Part shown: positions 15,982-26,853 of the stretch, in pieces
Numbering within the stretch: the stretch's first letter is position 1
Layout of the letters: each line of letters begins with the position of its first letter
From: Bdellovibrionales bacterium
GTDB lineage: Bacteria; Bdellovibrionota; Bdellovibrionia; Bdellovibrionales; UBA1609
Assembly: GCA_050633065.1 (NCBI GenBank)
Contig: JBOEFV010000027.1
Coordinates: forward strand, 3,760 to 49,076
DNA length: 45,317 nucleotides
Reading direction: 5' to 3'
Translations under genes and position numbers: made by a program
The notes under the pieces: generated by a model
Seen by the model: the letters and a program-made list of their open reading frames with translations, nothing else
Databases searched by the model: none
Told to the model about the DNA's origin: nothing

Positions 15982-16782
15982 ATGAGTGAAGAAAAATACA
16001 TTGGAGTTTTCGACTCTGGAGTGGGGGGGCTGAGTGTTCTCACCAAACTCCTTGTTGATTTTCCTAACGAGTCTTTTGTTTATCTTGGAGACACAGCAAG
16101 GCTTCCTTACGGAGCAAAATCAAAAGAAACTATTAAAAAATATGTTGAAAGAAATATTAATTTCTTAACCTCTAACTACCCTATTAAAGCTGTTGTGGTT
16201 GCATGTAACTCAGCATCTAGTGTTTTACATGATTTAGATCTTCCCGTTAAAACCATAGGAGTGATTGAGGCTGGAGCTGATGCAGCTCTTTCAAAAACAA
16301 AAACAAACCATATTGGCCTTTGGGCAACAAGAGCCACTGTTTCATCAAATGAATATGAAAAAGAACTCTTAAATCTTGATGATGAAGCCAAGTTAACTTC
16401 TATCAGCTGCCCGACGCTCGTTACTTTAGTGGAAGAAGCCGGAGCAGATCACCCTCTGTTAGAAGCCGCTTTTGACCACTATATTGATAAAATAAAAGAC
16501 GACTCTGAAATTGATACTCTAATCTTAGGCTGCACTCACTTTCCTTTTTTTAAAGAAAGGCTTGCTACATACCTTAAGACCAAAGGGCTTCATATGGAGC
16601 TTGCTGACGCCTCAGAAGAGATTTCTATACAACTAAAGGATATGCTCTCAGGCTCACTATCTTTAAAGAAAAACTTAGAGGATAAAGTACTTGTTACAGA
16701 TGAAGCCCCTCATTTTAAAGACTTTATCTCTAGTGTTTTGCCTAAAAAATACTCTTTTTCTTTTTTAAAAGTAGATTTGTAA
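15982..16782 (+). CDS. murI: Glutamate racemase
   Basis: IGVFDSGVGGLSV, DTARLPYG, VACNSAS, LGCTHFP. Confidence 0.96.
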   Translation: MSEEKYIGVFDSGVGGLSVLTKLLVDFPNESFVYLGDTARLPYGAKSKETIKKYVERNINFLTSNYPIKAVVVACNSASSVLHDLDLPVKTIGVIEAGADAALSKTKTNHIGLWATRATVSSNEYEKELLNLDDEAKLTSISCPTLVTLVEEAGADHPLLEAAFDHYIDKIKDDSEIDTLILGCTHFPFFKERLATYLKTKGLHMELADASEEISIQLKDMLSGSLSLKKNLEDKVLVTDEAPHFKDFISSVLPKKYSFSFLKVDL

Positions 16783-16886
16783 AATCGCGACATACAGCAC
16801 CACCTATTTATACCCAGACTTGTTTTAAAGACTTAATTTCTGTAAAAATTATGGTTCAACAACATATATAACAAGGAGACTCAATT

Positions 16887-17417
16887 ATGTTAGGAGTAGG
16901 AAAAAAATTCCCTCAATTCAACCTTACAGCAACTGTAGACACTAACTTAGACAAAGCTTTCACTACGCTTTCAAATGATTCTTATAAAGGAAAATGGATG
17001 TGCATGTTCTTTTACCCAAAAGATTTCACATTTGTATGCCCTACTGAATTAGTTGGCTTTAACAACCTTTATGGTGAGTTTAAAGAAAGAAACTGCGAGC
17101 TTTACGGTGCAAGTATTGATTCTGAATTTGTTCACATGGCTTGGAGAACTCACAACGAAGACCTTAAAGGTTTAGATTATCCTTTAATTGCAGATATTAA
17201 ACGTGAGCTTTCTGAAGATCTTGGAATCTTAGATGAAAAAGAAGGTGTTACTTACAGAGCTACATATATTGTAGATCCTGAAGGTGTAGTAAGATACGCT
17301 GCTGTAAACGACCTTGCTGTTGGCAGAAACCCTGAAGAAGTTTTAAGAACTTTAGATGCTCTACAAACTGGCGGACTTTGCCCAGTGAACTGGAACAAAG
17401 GTGAAGCTACTCTTTAA
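16887..17417 (+). CDS. ahpC: 2-Cys peroxiredoxin
   Basis: FFYPKDFTFVCPTE and C-terminal LCPVNW; AAGGAG RBS. Confidence 0.95.
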   Translation: MLGVGKKFPQFNLTATVDTNLDKAFTTLSNDSYKGKWMCMFFYPKDFTFVCPTELVGFNNLYGEFKERNCELYGASIDSEFVHMAWRTHNEDLKGLDYPLIADIKRELSEDLGILDEKEGVTYRATYIVDPEGVVRYAAVNDLAVGRNPEEVLRTLDALQTGGLCPVNWNKGEATL

Positions 17418-17441
17418 TTTTTAAAATTAGTTTATATTATT

Positions 17442-17475
17442 AAAAGCCTCGTTTATTCTTGCGAGGCTTTTTTTT
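17442..17475 (+). terminator. Rho-independent terminator after ahpC
   Basis: AAAAGCCTCG / CGAGGCTTTT inverted repeat with a T8 tail. Confidence 0.85.
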
Positions 17476-17637
17476 ATTCTGTTAGAAAAAGTAAATCGTT
17501 TAAAGCTGCTGATGAGTAAAATGATTCTAAAACACCTGCAGATCTATTGTACGAAGGCCTTGATCTCATGAACTCAACAGCCTTGTTAAGCCTTCTTAAC
17601 GACACTGACTGACTAACCCCTAAGGCTCTTACTTTAG

Positions 17638-17668
17638 AAAAGGGCTTATGTCTAAACAAAGCCCTTTT
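17638..17668 (-). terminator. Terminator hairpin after the spondin gene
   Basis: AAAAGGGCTT-N11-AAGCCCTTTT inverted repeat just after the stop codon. Confidence 0.65.
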
Positions 17669-17674
17669 ACGTCA

Positions 17675-18412
17675 CTATTTTATTTTTTGAAGAACTACTT
17701 TAGCAAAAGGCTTATCAAAACCTCTCCCTTTAAGCTTTTCAATGGGAGTAGGATTTCTAGTAGCGCTATTGTTGATAGAAAAATTTCCTCCTCTATCACC
17801 ATCTTCAGTCCCTGCATTGTATGCATAAAGATCAATTTCACCTGTAGATTCTAAGAACTTCTCACCGTCATGAAGCTCTAAAGAGTCTAGTCCCACAATC
17901 CAATCAGGACTTGGAGCAATCATTGTTACAAATGAAATTAAAGGGAAACCAAAATTCACTTCAACATCTATTGTTTGAACAAGCTGTTTAGGAACATCCT
18001 GATTTTTTGTGTTAAGAGAACTTAAAACATTTCCTCTTCTTTTATCTTCTGCTATCTCTACATTTAGGTCTGTCGGATTACCCACTTCAGCAACTCTTTC
18101 TAAGCCTTTACCGGTAAGCTCACCAATTGGAAAAAGTACGTGGTTCTCGTTATGAACAGTCAGCACTATTGGTGAGAAGTGAGCTCCTTCTGGACGGCCT
18201 AGGTGGTCATCTTTCTCCCACAAAGATGTAAAGGTAAGCCTGTATGTAGCTTTTTTAACAATACTCTCTTTAACCGGATCATCACTTGGCCCTTCTTGCC
18301 CCGTGTTCTCCTTCATTTCAACGCTAGCCATCTCTTCAAGACTTTTAGCCTCATTCTCTGAACATCCCGTAAACAGAACCAAATACCCTAATACAACTAC
18401 TAATCCTTTCAT
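17675..18412 (-). CDS. Spondin_N domain lipoprotein
   Basis: Lipobox FTGC; ATYRLTFTSLW, AHFSP, GLERVAEVG, MIAPSPDWIVG, YNAGTEDG are Spondin_N hallmarks; GGAGGAG RBS. Confidence 0.88.
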   Translation of the reverse strand: MKGLVVVLGYLVLFTGCSENEAKSLEEMASVEMKENTGQEGPSDDPVKESIVKKATYRLTFTSLWEKDDHLGRPEGAHFSPIVLTVHNENHVLFPIGELTGKGLERVAEVGNPTDLNVEIAEDKRRGNVLSSLNTKNQDVPKQLVQTIDVEVNFGFPLISFVTMIAPSPDWIVGLDSLELHDGEKFLESTGEIDLYAYNAGTEDGDRGGNFSINNSATRNPTPIEKLKGRGFDKPFAKVVLQKIK

Positions 18413-18479
18413 AACACTCCTCCTATATAAGTACTTTACGGCTAATTAAAAATAATAAAAAGACTAAAATATATATACT

Positions 18480-18500
18480 TATATCTATTTTAGCGATATA
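18480..18500. promoter_or_regulatory. Putative LysR-type binding site (T-N11-A in a dyad)
   Basis: TATATC-N9-GATATA between the divergent spondin and LysR genes; T18484 and A18496 are separated by 11 nt. Confidence 0.55.
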
Positions 18501-18507
18501 TTAGGCT

Positions 18508-19380
18508 ATGCTTATAGATCACCTTGAAAAAATTAAACACTTCTTAGGGGTTGTCCGCTATGGCTCTATTAGAAAATACTCTTTAAAAGAGAATATTTCA
18601 CAATCAGCTGTATCTAAGTCTATGCAAATTTTAGAAGGCTCTCTTGATACATCTTTATTTATTAGAAAAAGAACAGGCATTGAGCTCACACAAGCAGGAA
18701 CAGAGCTTTTAAAGTTTGGGGAAAGCTTAAACCTAATGATCACTAAAACGGAAGAAAGTCTTTACATTAAAAGCTCTCTAGTTTTAGGCGGAGATTTAAA
18801 AATAGGAAGCTACCACAGTATTTCAATATACTTTATGCCAAGACTCTTAAAGTTCATTAAAGAAAATCAATCAAAACTAAAAATAAACCTTACCAGCGGT
18901 TTAAGTAAAGATCTCATTTCAAATGTAGAATCTGAGGATTTAGATCTGTGTATTTCTGTTAACCCTAAAACAACAAGAACTTTAGAACATATACCTTTAT
19001 ATGAAGACTATTACTCTTTTTATCAACACGTTAACTTAGATGACACAAAAGACATCTACACATATATAGAAGCCCGAGACGCTAAAAATATAACCGTTGA
19101 TAAGCACATCACCTCTTTAAAAAAAATATATAACATTGTTTCTTGCGGTGATTTTGAAACAGCTAAGGCTATGGCTAAAGAAAAATTAGGCCTTGCTCTT
19201 TTACCTAACTGGGTTGCATTCCCTCTTGTTGAAAACGGTATAATTCAAAAGGTAAAACTCAAATCGCTGCCTCTAAATTTTGGAAAACATCATATAGGGC
19301 TTTCTTATAAAAAGAAAAACTCCGGCAACCCTGCAATCAAATGGGTTTCTGAACAAACTAAACTTATGCTTGGAGTATAA
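18508..19380 (+). CDS. LysR-family transcriptional regulator
   Basis: N-terminal HTH (GSIRK...ISQSAVSKSMQILEGSLDTSLFIR...LTQAG); 290 aa with a substrate-binding domain. Confidence 0.93.
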   Translation: MLIDHLEKIKHFLGVVRYGSIRKYSLKENISQSAVSKSMQILEGSLDTSLFIRKRTGIELTQAGTELLKFGESLNLMITKTEESLYIKSSLVLGGDLKIGSYHSISIYFMPRLLKFIKENQSKLKINLTSGLSKDLISNVESEDLDLCISVNPKTTRTLEHIPLYEDYYSFYQHVNLDDTKDIYTYIEARDAKNITVDKHITSLKKIYNIVSCGDFETAKAMAKEKLGLALLPNWVAFPLVENGIIQKVKLKSLPLNFGKHHIGLSYKKKNSGNPAIKWVSEQTKLMLGV

Positions 19381-19407
19381 AAAAACCTCCCTTAAAAGGA
19401 GGTTTTT
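19381..19407. terminator. Bidirectional terminator between the LysR gene and actF
   Basis: AAAAACCTCC-N7-GGAGGTTTTT. Confidence 0.85.
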
Positions 19408-19433
19408 AAAAGTCACTTTATTGTAGTTTAGAA

Positions 19434-20630
19434 TTAATATACAACAGAGTGAGATGCAGACTCAGTTACTCTTGGATCGCCAACTGGAACCAAGTTGTTC
19501 TTACTTAAGAATCTAAACATAGAAAATAAGAAGATACCCATAAACCCACAAAGAACAGAAATGTCTAAGATTGAAAACTTAGCATGATGCTCATCAAAGT
19601 TAGGATAAATTAACCAGAAAAGATCTAAGAACTGTGTTCCAATAAGAACAACACAAATCGTACCTAAGTACTTAGGAGTTCTTTTAGCCCATCGTGGAAG
19701 AAGAAGTAAGAATGGGATGATAAACTTAATAAACATCATAACTAAAGATACCATTCCCCACTCACCTACTGACCTATGCATAAAGAACATTGTTTCTTCC
19801 GGCATGTTTGCATACCAAATTAACATGTACTGAGAGTAAGCGATATAAGCCCAGAACATTGTAAAGCCTAGTAAAAATTTACCTAAATCATGTAAATGAT
19901 CGTTTGTAACCATTCCGTTAAAAAGACCTTTTTTATTCAGGAACAAAATCAACAAAATTGATGCTGAAAGAAAAGCCTGCATAGACCCACCAAACATATA
20001 AACACCAAATATAGTTGAAAACCAATGCGGCTCTAGACTCATTAAAAAATCCACACTAAACACAGAGTAACTTAGCGCAAAGAACACTAAAAATCCTATA
20101 CTATAAGGAACCGTTCTAGTTATTAAGCTGTCATCTTTAGTTAAATCCTGCTTTAAAGAATTTCCTACAATCACTTTTGAAAATAAAAACCATCCAATAA
20201 AGATAATCACTGTTCTAATAATAAAAAATGTTTGGTTTAGGTATGGAGCTTTATGCTGAAGTAAAGCATCATGTGCAACAATCTCAGGGTTAAGCCATTT
20301 ATATAAATGCTCAGCCCCTACAAACATCCCAATCATTAATATGAAAGCGTATGGTATAAAAGCCGTTAAAGCTTCAAATACTCTTCTGATGTTCACAGAC
20401 CATCTAGCACTTGTAAGATGTTGTATCGCTAAAAAGAAAAGGCTCATTAAAGACATACTTGTGAAGAAGAAAAATCCCATTAAGTAAGCCTGCCAAGTTC
20501 TCTCAGCATTAATATTTAGACCAAAGATAAAACCTATAAGTCCGATAAAGATTAAAACTGCGCAAATTCCTTTATATTTATTTGTAAATAAAAAGGGAGA
20601 CGGCTCTTTAAAAACTACTTCTTTATGCAT
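19434..20630 (-). CDS. actF: Alternative complex III membrane subunit ActF
   Basis: About 10 hydrophobic helices; DFLMSLEPHWFSTIFG, HLHDLGKF, SQYMLIWYANMPEE; last gene of the act cluster. Confidence 0.9.
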   Translation of the reverse strand: MHKEVVFKEPSPFLFTNKYKGICAVLIFIGLIGFIFGLNINAERTWQAYLMGFFFFTSMSLMSLFFLAIQHLTSARWSVNIRRVFEALTAFIPYAFILMIGMFVGAEHLYKWLNPEIVAHDALLQHKAPYLNQTFFIIRTVIIFIGWFLFSKVIVGNSLKQDLTKDDSLITRTVPYSIGFLVFFALSYSVFSVDFLMSLEPHWFSTIFGVYMFGGSMQAFLSASILLILFLNKKGLFNGMVTNDHLHDLGKFLLGFTMFWAYIAYSQYMLIWYANMPEETMFFMHRSVGEWGMVSLVMMFIKFIIPFLLLLPRWAKRTPKYLGTICVVLIGTQFLDLFWLIYPNFDEHHAKFSILDISVLCGFMGIFLFSMFRFLSKNNLVPVGDPRVTESASHSVVY

Positions 20631-21193
20631 TAGTTACCACCTTTTTGTAAGTGTCTTACATATTCAACTACAGCCCATCTGTCTTTATCAGATGTAATTT
20701 GACTAGAATAACTCCCCATTAAACCCCAACCATTTGTAATCACGTTATAAAGTCTTCCGTCTGTATAACCCACAAATGTTGCCTCTTTTAAACTTGGAGG
20801 TCTTTTAGGCATTTTACCTGCTATAGGACCGTCACCGCTTCCAGTTTTACCATGACAAATACCGCAATAGATTTCGTACTTTTCACGTCCAACGCTTTCA
20901 AAGTAAATCAGCTCATCTGTTGTAAGGCTCGCTTTTGGACTTTTTAATTTATCTGCAGATTCTATATCAAACTTACCATATGGATATGGTTTAAAACCTC
21001 TTGGGATAGCTCCTTTAGGAGGAACTCTCATAAGCATTTTACCATCAGGGGTTCCTTCTTGAGCTCTAATTTGAGGCCCTTCCATCATATCCTGAATAAG
21101 TTCAATATTCGTTTGGTTCTCACCGCCCTGACAGGCAAGTAAAAACAAAGACAACGTAAATACTAATACTTTTCTAAAATTCACAAACAACAT
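20630..21193 (-). CDS. actE: Alternative complex III monoheme cytochrome c lipoprotein ActE
   Basis: Single CGICH, lipobox LLAC, DMM and MRVPPKGAIPRG motifs. Start placed at ATG 21193, just after the actD stop; the ORF track opens at 21232. Confidence 0.9.
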   Translation of the reverse strand: MLFVNFRKVLVFTLSLFLLACQGGENQTNIELIQDMMEGPQIRAQEGTPDGKMLMRVPPKGAIPRGFKPYPYGKFDIESADKLKSPKASLTTDELIYFESVGREKYEIYCGICHGKTGSGDGPIAGKMPKRPPSLKEATFVGYTDGRLYNVITNGWGLMGSYSSQITSDKDRWAVVEYVRHLQKGGN

Positions 21194-21194
21194 A

Positions 21195-21713
21195 TTAATA
21201 CTCCGCCACTTCATGAACAGCCTCAGCTCCAAGCTCTTTCATCCAAGCTTGCACATCTGAAGATTTATAATTTTTATCTTTCTCTGAAATAAACAATCCA
21301 AATTTGTGTGAAGTAAGATCTAAATCAACAACTGGAGGATCTACCTTTGGTAAACCTAAAGCTGCAAAAATCATTACTTTAACTGAAGCTAGTGCTGCAA
21401 AAAGAATTGTTAATTCAAAAACTATTGGAATAAATGCAGGAAGAGACCACATAGGTTTTCCACCAACATTAATTGGCCAACTCACTGCTGAAGTCCACCA
21501 AGTAAACCACAAACCAAAAATACAGCCTGTAGCACCCGCTGCAAGAGCAACCCATGGAATCCATGATCTTTTAACACCTACAGCATCTTCCATACCATGA
21601 ATTGGGTAAGGAGTGATTGCATCAAAGTCTATAAAACCTTTAAGTCTTGTCTTTTCAGCCGCTTCTAAAATTGTGTGCTCGTCTGTGAACACGCCCATAA
21701 CACCACCGCTCAT
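21195..21713 (-). CDS. actD: Alternative complex III subunit ActD (DUF3341)
   Basis: DAITPYPIHGM, WPINVGGKP, PAFIPIVFELTILFA. Confidence 0.92.
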   Translation of the reverse strand: MSGGVMGVFTDEHTILEAAEKTRLKGFIDFDAITPYPIHGMEDAVGVKRSWIPWVALAAGATGCIFGLWFTWWTSAVSWPINVGGKPMWSLPAFIPIVFELTILFAALASVKVMIFAALGLPKVDPPVVDLDLTSHKFGLFISEKDKNYKSSDVQAWMKELGAEAVHEVAEY

Positions 21714-21714
21714 T

Positions 21715-23079
21715 TTAGTGTCCTCCTTCTTTTCCAGTGTCTAAAACAGGTTTTACCTCTGCTATAGATACAGCTGGAATTGCTTGGATATAAAGTAAGA
21801 ATAACGTAAAGAACATTCCAAAACTTCCTACCAATGCTCCAAAGTCATAGAAAGTCATATCAAATAGACCCCAGTTAGCAGGTAAGAAATCTCTGTGTAA
21901 TGAAGTCACCGTGATAACGTATCTCTCAAACCACATTCCGATGTTTACAAAAATTGAAACAACAAACATCACTGGAATACATCTTCTCATTTTTTTGATC
22001 CAGAAAATTTGAGGAATCAAAACGTTACAAGAAACCATAGTCCAATAAGACCACCAATATGGCCCGAATGCTCTATTGATAAATGCATAGCCTTCGTAGT
22101 TAGAACCTGAGTACCAAGCAATAAAAAATTCAGAAGCGTAAGCATAACCAACAAGCATACCTGTAGTCATAATAATCTTATTCATAAGCTCCATATGATC
22201 TAAAGTGATGTAATCTTTAAACACGGGAACTGCTATTCTTATAAGAGTCATTAAAGTCACAACCATTGCAAAACCAGAGAATACCGCTCCAGCAACAAAG
22301 TATGGTGGGAAGATTGTTGTATGCCACCCTGGTAACTGAGCTACCGCAAAGTCAAATGATACAATCGAGTGAACAGATAAAACTAGAGGAGTTGATAATG
22401 CTGCAAGAATTAAATACACCATTTCATAATGTGACCAATCTCTTGTAGCTCCTCTCCAACCTAAAGAAAGCGCGCCAAAGATTTTGTTTGAAATTTTCTT
22501 TCCATCTTTCTTTGCTCTATCTCTTAATGTTGCAAAATCGGGAACCATACCAACATACCAGAAAACTACAGATACTGTTGCATAAGTTGATATTGCAAAA
22601 ACATCCCATAAAAGAGGAGATCTAAAGTTAACCCATAAAGGCCCTCTTTGGTTTGGATAAGGAAAAAGCCAGAAAGCAAGCCAAGGTCTACCTGTATGTA
22701 GAATTGGGAAAATACCTGCAGTTGCTACAGCAAAAACAGTCATAGCCTCTGCAGACCTTGCAATCGAAGTTCTCCACTTCTGACGAAAAAGATAAAGTAC
22801 AGCCGAAATCAATGTTCCTGCGTGACCAATACCAACCCAAAATACGAAAGTAACAATATCAGTACCCCAACCAACTGGATGGTTAACACCCATCAGTCCC
22901 ATACCATAAGAAATGATCATAGCTAAACAACAGATGTAAAAAATCATCAGTGTCTTTGCACTACCAAACATCATAAGCCATTTAAGACCTGGAGTTCTTT
23001 CAACTAAAGATGAGATATCATCTGAAACATTCTTAGCACTTTTATCACCGGAAATTAGCGGTTTTTCTTTTAAACTCAT
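21715..23079 (-). CDS. actC: Alternative complex III quinol-oxidising subunit ActC (NrfD family)
   Basis: [63 protein letters not shown]. Confidence 0.95.
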   Translation of the reverse strand: MSLKEKPLISGDKSAKNVSDDISSLVERTPGLKWLMMFGSAKTLMIFYICCLAMIISYGMGLMGVNHPVGWGTDIVTFVFWVGIGHAGTLISAVLYLFRQKWRTSIARSAEAMTVFAVATAGIFPILHTGRPWLAFWLFPYPNQRGPLWVNFRSPLLWDVFAISTYATVSVVFWYVGMVPDFATLRDRAKKDGKKISNKIFGALSLGWRGATRDWSHYEMVYLILAALSTPLVLSVHSIVSFDFAVAQLPGWHTTIFPPYFVAGAVFSGFAMVVTLMTLIRIAVPVFKDYITLDHMELMNKIIMTTGMLVGYAYASEFFIAWYSGSNYEGYAFINRAFGPYWWSYWTMVSCNVLIPQIFWIKKMRRCIPVMFVVSIFVNIGMWFERYVITVTSLHRDFLPANWGLFDMTFYDFGALVGSFGMFFTLFLLYIQAIPAVSIAEVKPVLDTGKEGGH

Positions 23080-26000
23080 TAGTGCGCCCCTCCTTCAGTA
23101 TGTGACTCTTTTGCATGAGGTTTCTTCTCTCCGTGAGAATCTTTTTCCTCACCATGACCACCACCGTGGTGACCAGCTGAAATAGCCTCATCAGTATTCC
23201 AAACTCTAGTCATGTATCTTACAGAAGGAACATTGTTGATCTCTTCAAGAAGCTGGTAAGTTCTTTCTTTTTCAAACTTCTTACTTACGGCAGACTCTTT
23301 GTCATTCATGTCACCAAAAACAATTGCTTTTGTAGGACAAGTCAGTTCACAAGCTGGCTTGATGTCGCCATCTTTTAAACGTCTCTTCTCTAAAACAGCT
23401 TTTGATTTCCCTTCCTGAATCTTATGAATACAGAAAGTACATTTCTCCATTACACCTCTTGAACGAACTGTAACCTCTGGATTTAATGCCATGTTAAGAG
23501 GAGCTTCTACTTTAGAGTAGTTAAACCAATTAAATCTTCTAACTTTATAAGGACAGTTGTTTGCACAATACCTAGTACCAACACATCTGTTATAAGACAT
23601 GTCGTTTGTCCCTTCACTTGAATGAACCGTCGCTAAAACTGGGCAAACAGTTTCGCAAGGGGCATTATCACAGTGCTGGCACATTACTGGTTGAAAAACT
23701 ACACGAGGAGCCTTTGGGTCTCCAGAGTAGTATCTATCAATTCTAATCCAGTGCATTTCTCTACCGTTGATCACATGCTTTTTACCAACAACAGGGATGT
23801 TGTTTTCAGACTGACAAGCAATCACACAAGCTGAACAGCCTGTACACTTTGATAAATCTACAGACATTCCCCATTTATGACCTGTGTACTTATGTTTAGA
23901 CCATAACGAAAAGATTTTATGTCTATGAATCCCTGCAGCTTCATCTTTTTTAAACTCATCATACGAAGCCTCTGTCACAATTTGACGAGACTCCATTGCA
24001 TGATGACCCTGAGGGTTTGCAAGTTCCATTTTCTTAGATGTTTTCTTAACTGTTGCAGTCAATGCTGATGTTAAACCATTTGTAATAAATGGATATGCGT
24101 TTTGTCCAACATCTTCACAAACTTTACCAGCACCTTTTCTACCGTAACCAACTGCAAGACCTAAAGTCTCAGCATCTTGTCCCGGTTGAATGTTTACTGG
24201 AATCTCGATTGTGTAACCATCTTTTGAAAGCTCCACAATATCACCTTGTGATAATTTGTGGTGTTCAGCATAGTCCATAGAAACTGATAAGTAGTTGTCC
24301 CAAACAATTTTTGAAACTGAATCTGGAAGCTCTTGTAACCAACTCACATTTGCAAGTTTTCCGTCTCCCATTGATGTTTTTTTGTAAATGACTAGCTCTT
24401 CACCTTTAGACTCTTTAAATCTAGCAGCAAATGAACCTGAAAAAATTCTAGAAGGTTTTACTGAATTTTTAAACTCAGAAAGGTCCCAAACACCTTTTTG
24501 CAAAAGCTCTACCCAAAAAGTGTTAAAGTCAGCAAACCCAGATTTTGACTTATTAGCGTTGTATCTAGACTCCCATGTAGCTTTAACCACATCATACCAA
24601 GTTTCAGATTTTCCTGACCACTTAAGTAAAGACTGCTCAAAAGCACGTGTCTTATAAAGTGGAGAAATTGTTGGCTGCCCTATTGAATATACATTCTTAA
24701 AGCTTTCAAACTCATTCCATTTTTCCATTGAATGGTCATCTGGAAGAACCCAATGAGAAACAGAACCTGTTTCATCATTCTTATCACCTGTGTAAACTAC
24801 TGTAGAAACTTTGCTTAATGCAGCTCTAAGCTTTGCTTGATCGCCGTATGTGTAAGCTGGGTTTGAATCATGAATAATTAATGTTTTAACTACTCCTGAG
24901 TTCATCTTTTTAATTAATGTTTCAATTGAGCTTTCATTTCCTCTATAAGAAGCATATGGAGCTTGAGAGTAATCAATAGTCTCACCGTCATTTCCTAAAG
25001 ATGAGTTGATGTAATGAACTGCTTTTTGAATTTCGATGTAATCTGCAGATTTTGATTGCACACCAAAACCCATAACAATAGATTTGCCTTTATTCTTTTT
25101 AAGTTCGTGAGCAGCGTGTTTCGCCTGCTCTAAAGCACCCTCTGAAAGTTTTTTGATCCCCGCATAACGAGAAGCTGCACTTGCATAAGAACTTGTTCCA
25201 CCTAAGTTTGAAATCACAGCACATAAAAATGATAAGTATTCTGAAGGCTTTAGCATAACTCTTTGGTCAGCATTTGTTCCTGTTAGACTTAAAAGTGACT
25301 CTACTTGAGTTAACTTCACAGGAACTTCTTTAAGCTCTACATCACGTCTAATACCCCACTCTTTTTGAAGTTGAAGTGAACCATAGTCTGTAGCTAAAAA
25401 GTCAGTACCTACTGAAAGAACATAGTTTGCGTTTAAAAGTCTATACCTTGGAAGCTCTTTAACCTCCCCACCTAAAACAGAGAATGACTTCTTAAATGCT
25501 TCATAGCCCATTGGAGACCACTCAAAGTATTCCCCACTATTTGCTGAAGTGAAGGAACTAATTAGTTTTCTTGAAGATTCTGATGGATTTGAACCTGAAA
25601 GAACATAAACTCCACCATTTTTAAATTTTTTAGCAAGCTCTGTATCAACTTTTTCCCAGTCCGTGTTGATCACATCTTTGTTGGTTCTTTTAGGGTTTAA
25701 TAAATTTTGAACAGGTCCTGTAAGTCTATCTGGATCATATAAGCTTAAGATATGAGCCTGACCACGAACTGTTAAAGCCTCACCAATTCCTGGGAAAAAT
25801 TCATTACCCTCAACTTTAATTGGACGTCCCTCACGAGTTCTAACCACTAAACCGTATACATCTCCACCCTCTTGATATGTTGAAGCGTATAAGTTTGAAA
25901 CACCTGGAACCAGTCCATCTGGTCTCTTTACATAAGGTACAATCTTTTGAATTGGTCTACGAACACATCCAAAAGAAGTTAAGGCCATACTTGCGCCCAT

Positions 26001-26162
26001 AAGCTTTAAGAAGTCTCTTCTTGCCCATCCTGATTGAGCACCATCATCTAGAGGTGATGCTTTAAATTCTCTTTCTGCTAGCTCATTAAATTGTGGATCT
26101 TGTCTCCACTGATCTAGACTTAACCAATGCTTGTTTTTTATTTCTTTATTAGATTCGCTCAT
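23079..26162 (-). CDS. actB: Alternative complex III subunit ActB (molybdopterin-oxidoreductase-like domain fused to an Fe-S domain)
   Basis: Tat motif RRDFLKLMG followed by a lipobox-like SFGC; [11 protein letters not shown]; [42 protein letters not shown]. Confidence 0.95.
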   Translation of the reverse strand: MSESNKEIKNKHWLSLDQWRQDPQFNELAEREFKASPLDDGAQSGWARRDFLKLMGASMALTSFGCVRRPIQKIVPYVKRPDGLVPGVSNLYASTYQEGGDVYGLVVRTREGRPIKVEGNEFFPGIGEALTVRGQAHILSLYDPDRLTGPVQNLLNPKRTNKDVINTDWEKVDTELAKKFKNGGVYVLSGSNPSESSRKLISSFTSANSGEYFEWSPMGYEAFKKSFSVLGGEVKELPRYRLLNANYVLSVGTDFLATDYGSLQLQKEWGIRRDVELKEVPVKLTQVESLLSLTGTNADQRVMLKPSEYLSFLCAVISNLGGTSSYASAASRYAGIKKLSEGALEQAKHAAHELKKNKGKSIVMGFGVQSKSADYIEIQKAVHYINSSLGNDGETIDYSQAPYASYRGNESSIETLIKKMNSGVVKTLIIHDSNPAYTYGDQAKLRAALSKVSTVVYTGDKNDETGSVSHWVLPDDHSMEKWNEFESFKNVYSIGQPTISPLYKTRAFEQSLLKWSGKSETWYDVVKATWESRYNANKSKSGFADFNTFWVELLQKGVWDLSEFKNSVKPSRIFSGSFAARFKESKGEELVIYKKTSMGDGKLANVSWLQELPDSVSKIVWDNYLSVSMDYAEHHKLSQGDIVELSKDGYTIEIPVNIQPGQDAETLGLAVGYGRKGAGKVCEDVGQNAYPFITNGLTSALTATVKKTSKKMELANPQGHHAMESRQIVTEASYDEFKKDEAAGIHRHKIFSLWSKHKYTGHKWGMSVDLSKCTGCSACVIACQSENNIPVVGKKHVINGREMHWIRIDRYYSGDPKAPRVVFQPVMCQHCDNAPCETVCPVLATVHSSEGTNDMSYNRCVGTRYCANNCPYKVRRFNWFNYSKVEAPLNMALNPEVTVRSRGVMEKCTFCIHKIQEGKSKAVLEKRRLKDGDIKPACELTCPTKAIVFGDMNDKESAVSKKFEKERTYQLLEEINNVPSVRYMTRVWNTDEAISAGHHGGGHGEEKDSHGEKKPHAKESHTEGGAH

Positions 26163-26185
26163 TTGCTAATATCCTTCTGATAATC

Positions 26186-26770
26186 TTAGTAATGACAAGT
26201 TGAACAGTTAATTGGAGCTTGATTATGACCAGACTCTTTAAACTTCTTAATTTCTTCATCAGATAGACTTTCGTCTCCTGCGCCTCTGTGACAATTCACA
26301 CACCAACCCATAGAAAGGTCTTTGTATTGGTAAACCACTTCCATTTCTTCAACTGGACCGTGACAAGTCTGGCAAGATTTACCCGCGGCAACGTGTCTTG
26401 AGTGATTGAATTTTACGTGATCTGGGAGCAAGTGAACATTGTTCCAAGCAACAGGCTCGTTATTTGCGTATTTTTCGCCAAGAGTCTGAACCCACTTCTT
26501 ATCTGTTCCCACAGACAAGTGACAGTTCATACAAATATTTAAACTTGGAACCGCGGAGTTTCTAGAGACTCCTGGGTTTGTATGGCAATACTTACAATCT
26601 ATTCCATATTGACCAGCATGAAGCTTATGTGAAAATGGAATAGGCTGATCTGGTTTATAACCAACATTGTAACCTATACTTAATTTATTGTTTGTAAGTA
26701 GGTATACATAACTGCACAGTCCTATAACAAACGCCAACCCGACAACACCACCAACGACTTTTTTTACCAT
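26186..26770 (-). CDS. actA: Alternative complex III pentaheme cytochrome c ActA
   Basis: Five heme motifs (CKYCH, CMNCH, CQTCH, CVNCH, CSTCH), N-terminal transmembrane helix, QPIPFSHKLH. Confidence 0.95.
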   Translation of the reverse strand: MVKKVVGGVVGLAFVIGLCSYVYLLTNNKLSIGYNVGYKPDQPIPFSHKLHAGQYGIDCKYCHTNPGVSRNSAVPSLNICMNCHLSVGTDKKWVQTLGEKYANNEPVAWNNVHLLPDHVKFNHSRHVAAGKSCQTCHGPVEEMEVVYQYKDLSMGWCVNCHRGAGDESLSDEEIKKFKESGHNQAPINCSTCHY

Positions 26771-26853
26771 AGCTCTTTCTCTTTACTTAAAAACTAGTTA
26801 AATAAAATTTAATTTTAGTATCCATAAATAAAACTTTATCAATGAACTTTCAA

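Noticed and set aside
23079-26162. ActB as an active molybdoenzyme
   Set aside because: Its position in actA-F and the fused Fe-S domain identify it as ACIII ActB, which is established to lack a molybdenum cofactor.
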